This document shows positions 25,407 to 32,000 of a stretch of 32,000 nt of DNA, one piece after another (within the stretch, counting starts at the first letter, position 1; each line of letters starts with the position of its first letter). Origin of the DNA: Acaryochloris marina S15 (lineage in GTDB: Bacteria; Cyanobacteriota; Cyanobacteriia; Thermosynechococcales; Thermosynechococcaceae). Made by a program: the position numbers and the translations under genes. The stretch lies in NCBI RefSeq assembly GCF_018336915.1, contig NZ_CP064923.1, forward strand, positions 4,320,001-4,352,000, in the 5' to 3' direction. The notes under the pieces were generated by a model. That model saw nothing but the letters and a program-made list of their open reading frames with translations, made no database searches and had not been told where the DNA came from.

Positions 25407-28085
25407 ATGCAAGAGATTCTTAGTTTAATCGAAATGCGAAAAAGTATATTTTCAAAATTACCATTCTTTAAATATTTACAAGATGATAGAATTAATCCTA
25501 GACAGAGATTAGCTTTTGCTCCATGTGCAGCTCATTTCATAATGAGTTTTGGTGATTTAAATAAGCATATTCTTAGAGTAGAACCAACAAAAGACCCAAT
25601 TCAGAAATTAGTTAATAAGCATACATATGAAGATGATAATCATTGGGAATGGTTTCTTGAAGACATTGAAAATCTTGGTTTCAATAAAACTCAAAACTTC
25701 AGTGATACATTACGCTTTCTATGGAGTAATGAGACAAAAACTCCTAGATGGATTAGCTTAGAATTATATAAGCTAGCTAGCTATGCATCACCTGAGTTAA
25801 AGCTAGTAATGATTGAAGCAATTGAGGCTACTGGTAGTATTTTTCTTTCTATTGTTCATACAGTAGCAGATGAGCTACAAAACTCAACCAAGCAGAAATA
25901 TAAGTATTTTGGAGCACATCACTTTCAAGTTGATTCTAATCATAGTATTGTTTCCAATAGCTCTGAGAACAATCTAGATAAAATCAATTTGTCTCTTGAA
26001 GATAAAGAAGAAGCGATTGAAATAGTCAATAAAGTTTTTGATGTTTTCACAGATTTCACAAATGAGCTTTTAAACTTTGCTAAAGACCATAGTCATAAAA
26101 GGCTCACATATAGTGAATCAATTATTGAACATGAATATTTAATAATTGGCGGAGGCCCTGCTGGTTTGCAGCTAGGATATTATCTTCAAAAATCTGGAGA
26201 TGATTACGCGATTTTGGAGGCAGGAAGCTCTCCAGGAACTTTCTTTAAAAAGTACCCTCGCCATCGAAAACTTATATCAATCAATAAAAGAAATACTGGA
26301 TATAGCGACCCTGAGATAAACTTACGTTGGGACTGGAATTCATTATTGAGTGATAATAAAGATCTGCTATTCAAGAATTATAGTAAAAAATATTTTCCTG
26401 ATGCTGATTCCCTAGTTAATTATCTAGAAGATTATGCAAATCACTTTTCTCTAAATATTCAATACGGTGTCAAAATCACTCAAATCACTAAAGACAAAAA
26501 GTTTATATTAACTGATCATCTTGGAAAAGTTTACTCTTGCAAGCATTTGATAATAGCTACTGGTTGTTCTAAACTTTATCTTCCTGATATACCCGGCATT
26601 GAATTAGCTGAGAAATATACTAGCGTATCAGTAAAACCAGACAACTTTGAGAATCAAAGAATTTTAGTTATTGGCAAAGGAAATTCTGCATTTGAAACTG
26701 CTGACAATTTAATTGATACTGCAGCAACAATACATATTTGCAGCCCCAATCCAATCTCTATGGCTTGGAAGACCAAGTATGTTGGGCATCTCCGTGCTGT
26801 AAACAACAATTTTTTAGATACTTATCAACTTAAATCTCAAAACCTGATTCTTAATGCTCATATTAATAATATCAAGCAAAATGAGCATGGTAAGTTCATC
26901 GTCAATGTTTCTTACACCCATGCAAATGGTGAAGTAGAAGATCTCGAATATGATCGGATTATCGCTTGTACTGGTTTCCGCTTTGATGACAGCATTTTTG
27001 ATAACTCATGTAAACCAAATCTTACGATTAATAATCGTTTCCCTGATCAAACAAGTGCTTGGGAATCTACTAATGTAAAAGATCTATTTTTTGCAGGTAT
27101 TCTCATGCATATGAGAGACTTTAAAGAGAACCAATCAGGCTTTATTCACGGCTTTAGATACAATATTAAAGCTCTCCACCAAATTTTTGAGCGCCGTTTC
27201 CACCACAAAGCCTGGCAGCATCAAAACTTAGAATTAATTCCACAAACATTCACCGATGTAATTCTTAAGCGAGTGAATCAAAGTTCTGCATTATGGCAGC
27301 AAACAGGCTTTCTATGTGATGTCATCTTTGTATCCGAAGATCAGCAGCAAGGAAAGTATTACCAAGAAGTTCCTCAAGACTATCTTTTTGACAGTGATTT
27401 AGGAAAACACAACCACTACTACACTATTACGTTGGAATTCGGACATGAATACCTAGATGCCTTTCCTGATCCATTCGCCATTGAGCGAGTTCATAAAGAT
27501 GACATACATAATGCAGAGCAAAGTCCCAGTCTTCACCCCATCATCCGGCGTTATTACCAAGGCAAATTAGTAGCTGAGCATCATATTATCGAAGATATCG
27601 CCAGTGAATGGAAAGAAGAGGTACATATTCAACCACTGTTAAAGTTTATGACTGAGCAGCTAAACGACTCCCAAGGAATCGGTACTCATCTTCTTGCGGC
27701 AGGACTGCTCACGTCAGAGCAGTTGGAAGTCGCCTTAGCGGAACAAGAACTGGAAACATCAGCTCGTTTAGGAGATGTTATACAAAAACGGGGTTGGGTA
27801 CAAAAACGAACCATTCAATTTCTATTGCATCAAGTCAACAATACGTTGGTTGATAATCCAGAACTTAGCGCCTGTGCTCAGTTGGGAGCAAATCTAGTTG
27901 AAGCAGGCTTAGTAACATCAACACAAGTTGACGAGGCATTACTAGAACAGCAAATCTCGAACAAACGCTTAGGAGAAATTTTGGTAAACCACGGCTGGGT
28001 AACTCCACAAACCGTTGAATACATGATGAAGCATCTCTCCCAGGCAAACGTTACTGTTCAGCCTGAAGTCGCTGTACTGAATTAA
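25407..28085 (+). CDS. three-part fusion protein: heme-oxygenase-like diiron oxidase (HDO)-like domain + FAD/NAD(P)H flavoprotein monooxygenase-like core + two C-terminal MshEN/T2SSE_N-like modules
   Basis: The 892-aa ORF has the SD-like AAGGGGA about 9 nt before its ATG. Aa 1-232 are all-helical with E75-x3-H79, E137/E140 and H172-x3-D176-x2-H179. Aa 243-590 carry GGGPAG (248-253), ATG (384-386), GKGNSA (423-428) and FFAG (561-564). Aa 757-877 hold four 24-residue RLGxxLLxxGLLxxxxLxxxLxxQ-like repeats. Confidence 0.85.
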   Translation: MQEILSLIEMRKSIFSKLPFFKYLQDDRINPRQRLAFAPCAAHFIMSFGDLNKHILRVEPTKDPIQKLVNKHTYEDDNHWEWFLEDIENLGFNKTQNFSDTLRFLWSNETKTPRWISLELYKLASYASPELKLVMIEAIEATGSIFLSIVHTVADELQNSTKQKYKYFGAHHFQVDSNHSIVSNSSENNLDKINLSLEDKEEAIEIVNKVFDVFTDFTNELLNFAKDHSHKRLTYSESIIEHEYLIIGGGPAGLQLGYYLQKSGDDYAILEAGSSPGTFFKKYPRHRKLISINKRNTGYSDPEINLRWDWNSLLSDNKDLLFKNYSKKYFPDADSLVNYLEDYANHFSLNIQYGVKITQITKDKKFILTDHLGKVYSCKHLIIATGCSKLYLPDIPGIELAEKYTSVSVKPDNFENQRILVIGKGNSAFETADNLIDTAATIHICSPNPISMAWKTKYVGHLRAVNNNFLDTYQLKSQNLILNAHINNIKQNEHGKFIVNVSYTHANGEVEDLEYDRIIACTGFRFDDSIFDNSCKPNLTINNRFPDQTSAWESTNVKDLFFAGILMHMRDFKENQSGFIHGFRYNIKALHQIFERRFHHKAWQHQNLELIPQTFTDVILKRVNQSSALWQQTGFLCDVIFVSEDQQQGKYYQEVPQDYLFDSDLGKHNHYYTITLEFGHEYLDAFPDPFAIERVHKDDIHNAEQSPSLHPIIRRYYQGKLVAEHHIIEDIASEWKEEVHIQPLLKFMTEQLNDSQGIGTHLLAAGLLTSEQLEVALAEQELETSARLGDVIQKRGWVQKRTIQFLLHQVNNTLVDNPELSACAQLGANLVEAGLVTSTQVDEALLEQQISNKRLGEILVNHGWVTPQTVEYMMKHLSQANVTVQPEVAVLN

Positions 28086-28112
28086 ATTAACTCATTCTTT
28101 CCTTTGAATGAT

Positions 28113-28153
28113 GACCTTTCCTCCATATTTCTTTGGAGGAAAGGTCTATTTTG
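28113..28153 (+). terminator. rho-independent terminator of the 892-aa gene
   Basis: Perfect 12-bp stem GACCTTTCCTCC (28113-28124) / GGAGGAAAGGTC (28135-28146) with a 10-nt loop, followed by TATTTTG. It lies 28 nt after the stop codon. Confidence 0.7.
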
Positions 28154-28215
28154 AATGAGTCGATGTTGCAAGCTGAGGACAAGCCAAAGTCTTCATTGCA
28201 ACATTTTAATTGGTC

Positions 28216-30252
28216 TTAAGACTTGAGATAGGTATAGCCTCTGAGACTACGCTCATAATTTTTTAGGAGAAGTTGGGCTTCTGGTAATGTGATGTGCTGT
28301 TCTTGCAATGCGGCTTCAGACTGTTTCCGAATTTCTTCTATCAGATCATCAGCGTCATATTGGACATATTCCAGTACCTCGGTGATCGTGTCGCCCTTGA
28401 CCACATGGGCAATGTGGTACCCCATCGGGGTTAGATCAATATGAACGACATTGGTATCACCAAATAAATTATGGAGATTGCCCATGACCTCTTGATAAGC
28501 CCCATTTAGAAACATCCCTAAGTAATAGGGTTCATTGGGCTTTAAGGTATGTAGTTCCAGGATTGGTTTTGTGTCGCGAGAGTAGATAAATTGATCGATT
28601 TTGCCATCACTATCGCAGGTGAGATCGACGAGAGTGCCCCTTTGAGTTGGCTCTTCTTCAAGACGGTGAATCGGCATAATCGGAAATAGCTGACCAATTG
28701 CCCAGGTATCGGGGGCAGATTGAAAAACAGAAAGATTGGTGTAATACAGTGACGCCATCCGACGTTCGAGATCTTCTAAGTCAACGGCAACGTCATCGTC
28801 TTGCCGTGCGATCGCAAGTATCTTCTGACAACAGGCCCCACATAATCGCTCTACCCTGGCCCGCCCCTGCAGACTCAGATAGCCAAACCCAAACAGACTA
28901 ACCGCTTCTTCCTTGAACTGCAAAGCATCATGATAGGCTTCCTGATAGTTCTCGGCATCAATAGTTTGATAGGTTTCCCAGAGATTCCGAATAATCAGAT
29001 GTTCATCAGCTTGGGCCGGTTCTGGCGTCAGGTCTAGGGTTTCACTACTACCCAACACATTCATAATCAGCACAGACTGGTGAGAGGCGATGGCTCGCCC
29101 ACTTTCACTCACCAATGTGGGCACGGAGATATCCGCTTCAGCACAGGCTTCTTTAACCTCGGCAACCACATCATTGGCATAGTTCTGCATGTTGTAGTTT
29201 TTAGACGCTGCCGAGTTGCTTTTCGATCCGTCGTAATCAACCCCTAGGCCACCGCCCACATCCAAGAACTTCATGTTGGCTCCTAATCGGGCCAGCTCGA
29301 CATAGATTTGGCTGGCTTCCCGCAGGGCATCTTTGATCACACTGATGGCTGAGATTTGAGAGCCAATATGGAAATGGAGCAATTGTAAGGAATCAAGTAG
29401 ATTAGCGACCCGCAGATGCTCAATGGCAGCCACGACTTCTGGAATGTTGAGACCGAATTTGGCGCGATCCCCCGCACTCGTTCCCCATCGACCAATTCCC
29501 TTGGCACTGAGCTTGGCCCGCACCCCCAAAATGGGCTGAATCTGAAGCCGACGGCTGGCTTCGATCACTAGATCCACTTCTTCTAATTGTTCAATGACAA
29601 TAATCGCCTGATGCCCCAAACGCTGGGCCAGCATGGCGGTTTCGACATATTCCAAATCTTTATAGCCATTGCAAATCAGCAATGCACCTGGGGTTTTAAG
29701 GGAGGCAATGGCAATTAGTAATTCCGGTTTGGAACCTGCCTCTAATCCAAACTGGTGGGGCTGACCAAAGCGAACTAGATCTTCGACTAGATGACGCTGT
29801 TGGTTACACTTGACGGGAAAAACCCCTCGGTAGCGCCCCGGATAGCTGTAGCGTGCGATCGCTTTAGCGAAACAGGCATTTAAGCGCTCAATTCGATCCG
29901 CCAAAATGTCTGAAAACCTGATCAGCAAAGGAGCATGGATATCTCGCTGCTGCAGGGACTGGACTAGCTCATACAGGTCTAAAGAGCCCCCTCGATCGGC
30001 TTTGGGCGATACCGTCACATGGCCTGCTGCATTAACGGAAAAATAGGGTTCTCCCCACCCCCGAATCCGGTAGAGTTTTTCGCTTTCCTCAATCGACCAA
30101 GCAACCGCTGAGTCTGCTTCAAGGCTATCTTCTGGAGGCGATAGATGTTCTGGACGCATCGATGCTGTTGGCGGACTACTATTACTCAACTCTGCCGCTA
30201 GGGTTTGAGGAATTTTGGTAGCCTTATCTTCACGGTTTCGACCGTTTTCCAT
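28216..30252 (-). CDS. speA: biosynthetic arginine decarboxylase
   Basis: The 678-aa ORF reads W.IEESEKLYRIRGWGEPYFSVNAAGHVTVSP, then FPVKCNQ (PLP Lys region), HFHIGSQ and GGGLGVDYDG, typical of SpeA. The true start may be an internal Met (for example M32). Confidence 0.9.
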   Translation of the reverse strand: MENGRNREDKATKIPQTLAAELSNSSPPTASMRPEHLSPPEDSLEADSAVAWSIEESEKLYRIRGWGEPYFSVNAAGHVTVSPKADRGGSLDLYELVQSLQQRDIHAPLLIRFSDILADRIERLNACFAKAIARYSYPGRYRGVFPVKCNQQRHLVEDLVRFGQPHQFGLEAGSKPELLIAIASLKTPGALLICNGYKDLEYVETAMLAQRLGHQAIIVIEQLEEVDLVIEASRRLQIQPILGVRAKLSAKGIGRWGTSAGDRAKFGLNIPEVVAAIEHLRVANLLDSLQLLHFHIGSQISAISVIKDALREASQIYVELARLGANMKFLDVGGGLGVDYDGSKSNSAASKNYNMQNYANDVVAEVKEACAEADISVPTLVSESGRAIASHQSVLIMNVLGSSETLDLTPEPAQADEHLIIRNLWETYQTIDAENYQEAYHDALQFKEEAVSLFGFGYLSLQGRARVERLCGACCQKILAIARQDDDVAVDLEDLERRMASLYYTNLSVFQSAPDTWAIGQLFPIMPIHRLEEEPTQRGTLVDLTCDSDGKIDQFIYSRDTKPILELHTLKPNEPYYLGMFLNGAYQEVMGNLHNLFGDTNVVHIDLTPMGYHIAHVVKGDTITEVLEYVQYDADDLIEEIRKQSEAALQEQHITLPEAQLLLKNYERSLRGYTYLKS

Positions 30253-30289
30253 GCTGTTTGCCTATGCGCGACCCGACACTTCAGACATC

Positions 30290-30529
30290 TTAGCTGAGTT
30301 TCAGGGCGCAGGCGGGAACATCATCCCAGGACTCCACGGTTCTCAAACGGGCCACCCATCCTGCTTGCTTTTGATACTCCGTCAAATTGTCTTGAAAAGA
30401 AGTGTGGCAGTCTTGGGCATGTTGGGCATCACAACAGGCAATACAGGCATACATTAACCCAGCCGGATCGAGCTGTTCATTTACCCAAATCGTCTTTGAT
30501 TGGCTCATATCGTCCGCCGTCAAATCCAT
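30290..30529 (-). CDS. hypothetical small Cys-rich protein
   Basis: The 79-aa ORF lies between psaC and speA on the same strand and contains the cluster CIACCDAQHAQDCH. Its codon pattern looks native. I recognise no family and see no obvious SD. Confidence 0.45.
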   Translation of the reverse strand: MDLTADDMSQSKTIWVNEQLDPAGLMYACIACCDAQHAQDCHTSFQDNLTEYQKQAGWVARLRTVESWDDVPACALKLS

Positions 30530-30541
30530 AGCTAAAACACG

Positions 30542-30569
30542 AAAAGAGGAAGCCGAGGCTCCCTCTTTT
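30542..30569 (-). terminator. rho-independent terminator downstream of psaC
   Basis: The minus-strand RNA reads AAAAGAGGGAGC-CUCG-GCUUCCUCUUUU, about 12 bp including one G-U pair, followed by CGUGUUUU. It lies 55 nt after the psaC stop. Confidence 0.55.
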
Positions 30570-30623
30570 TAAAAATGCAACACAGCAAAATTGACTCAAG
30601 ATTTACGATGAAAGCGAAAACGC

Positions 30624-30929
<306 letters not shown>

Positions 30930-31076
30930 TCAAAGACAACTGTATAGTCAAGGATCCTATAACGAGTTTAGTTTACAGCAGTGCATTTGCCACTTCGACA
31001 AAAATGAGAGGAAACTTCAAACAATGTTACTTAACGAAAGTCTCTCTAAGCCTTCTATCTAGACTCTTTGTATCCC

Positions 31077-31778
31077 TCAAGGCCGCCGAATAAACAGCTG
31101 TGTGAAGAAATATTCTTCGCCCTGACGCACTACACCTACTCCCGTATCGGTCACTTCGGCCCGAAGCATATTCCGCCGATGACCTGGGCTATCCAACCAT
31201 CCTTTAATGGCAATGGATACCGGATCCGGTGCATTATCATTCAGGGCCAAGTTTTCGGCTACTAAATTGAACGGCACCCCTGCATTTAATAATCGTTCCA
31301 AAGCCGTATTGCCCTGGGGGTCCGCATGACTAAAGAAGTTATGGTCCGCCATATTCCGGCTATGCTGACGGGCCACATGGGCGACGTTTGCATTCCACTG
31401 CAGGGGCTGTAAACCATAGGACTGGCGAATATCATTGACTTCTGCATAAATCAGTTGAGAGAAGTTCCCTTGGGCACCCACTATGGGATTAGGCCTTGAT
31501 TTCTGAGGCGGGATGGGGGCGGGGACTTCTAGTACGGGTTCAGGCCCAGGCCGGGGCACTGACTGCCGCCGTCGCGGCTGCCGACGGATCGTAGGGGCTT
31601 GGCGGGGCATTTTGCAGTCAAACGGGGTAGGAAACGGCAGCTTAATGGGCAGAGAGATACAGCCCATTAGCAACCAGGACAATGACTTCTTAAAAGCCGG
31701 CTGTAGGCGTTTTTTCTGGTCTTCAACCTCAAAAGGGTCAGACGCCGTCAGGGCCAGAGACAAGCTGGACTTAGCCAT
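31077..31778 (-). CDS. CAP/SCP (PR-1-like) domain protein with N-terminal anchor and Pro/Arg-rich linker
   Basis: The 233-aa ORF has a C-terminal block HSRNMADHNFFSHADPQGNTALERL...GWLDSPGHRRNML typical of bacterial CAP (YkwD-like) domains. The hydrophobic stretch LSWLLMGCISLPI is followed by RRQPRRRQSVPRPGPEP. Confidence 0.75.
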   Translation of the reverse strand: MAKSSLSLALTASDPFEVEDQKKRLQPAFKKSLSWLLMGCISLPIKLPFPTPFDCKMPRQAPTIRRQPRRRQSVPRPGPEPVLEVPAPIPPQKSRPNPIVGAQGNFSQLIYAEVNDIRQSYGLQPLQWNANVAHVARQHSRNMADHNFFSHADPQGNTALERLLNAGVPFNLVAENLALNDNAPDPVSIAIKGWLDSPGHRRNMLRAEVTDTGVGVVRQGEEYFFTQLFIRRP

Positions 31779-31871
31779 AGGAGTGGGTCACACGCAACGG
31801 TGATGAGTTGGGGATTATTGTACCGAATAAACCCTGCACTCCACTGGCAGATTGCCAAACCTTATGCCCAC

Positions 31872-32000
31872 TTAAGCTGACGTCAACATTTTTTCCGGTG
31901 CACCTTCCCTCACTTCAGCTCGCTCTGCTTCTGAGGGGGGAACCACCTGCCAAAACTGTGGTAGATACTCGGACCAATGCTCCAAAAGGTCTTTGCCTTT
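31872..32000 (-). CDS. 3' end of an unidentified gene running off the window edge
   Basis: The minus-strand frame is open from nt 32000 to the TAA stop (complement of 31872-31874). It translates as [42 protein letters not shown]. At 42 codons it is too short to assign. Confidence 0.35.
   Translation of the reverse strand, partial: KGKDLLEHWSEYLPQFWQVVPPSEAERAEVREGAPEKMLTSA

Noticed and set aside
25407-26102. Reading the N-terminal domain of the 892-aa protein as a canonical heme oxygenase or a TenA/PqqC-type enzyme
   Set aside because: The paired Glu/His motifs and the H-x3-D-x2-H spacing fit the diiron HDO/CADD pattern better than a heme-binding proximal-His layout. Without a profile search this remains a motif-level judgement.
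18380-28215. Search for direct repeats (att sites), an integrase or a tRNA at the island borders
   Set aside because: Only trivial AT-rich similarities appear at the two edges (for example AATTAAT versus TTAATTG). No recombinase ORF was found on either strand. The island cannot be called an integrative element on present evidence.
30215-30457. 80-aa plus-strand ORF spanning the speA start and the small Cys-rich ORF
   Set aside because: It overlaps the speA N-terminus in antisense, and its translation has no motifs. The minus-strand frame fits the local gene orientation better.
31068-31803. Plus-strand ORFs 31068-31265 and 31513-31803 overlapping the CAP-domain gene
   Set aside because: They are antisense to a frame with clear CAP-domain motifs. 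The 31513-31803 translation is Gly/Arg-rich, mirroring the Pro/Arg linker of the real gene.

Overview
The window is a cyanobacterial chromosomal segment. This call rests on 17 perfect HIP1 octamers (GCGATCGC) plus psaC, ndhN and ldpA. Hand-sampled 60-nt lines in the housekeeping flanks give roughly 50-57% G+C. The flanks encode trpF (partial), pyrD, a metzincin-like protease, secG, gpmI, an RnfD/NqrB-like membrane protein, ppsA, a universal stress protein and a lipoprotein. They also encode a PatA-type response regulator, a TgpA-like transglutaminase-fold protein, a 2Fe-2S ferredoxin, ndhN, ldpA, a ycf45-like ATPase, tal, speA, a small Cys-rich ORF, psaC and a CAP-domain protein. Between tal and speA (about 18415-28215) lies a very AT-rich island with no HIP1 copies; sampled lines give 23-30% G+C. 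The island holds two divergent genes and no mobility genes. The first is a 1740-aa Ser/Thr-kinase / P-loop STAND / GAF / histidine-kinase giant. The second is an 892-aa three-part fusion, which is the most interesting candidate in the window. It joins an N-terminal heme-oxygenase-like diiron-oxidase (HDO) fold, a two-dinucleotide-site flavoprotein monooxygenase/reductase core, and two C-terminal MshEN/T2SSE_N-like modules whose sequence fits the published c-di-GMP-binding motif. The 1.77-kb ORF-free spacer between the two genes carries two copies of a ~213-bp MITE. One copy has perfect 16-bp terminal inverted repeats and a 9-bp target-site duplication. Outside the island, the TgpA-like protein lacks the catalytic Cys and His of the transglutaminase triad. 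All functional calls come from motif reading by eye; no database search was possible.
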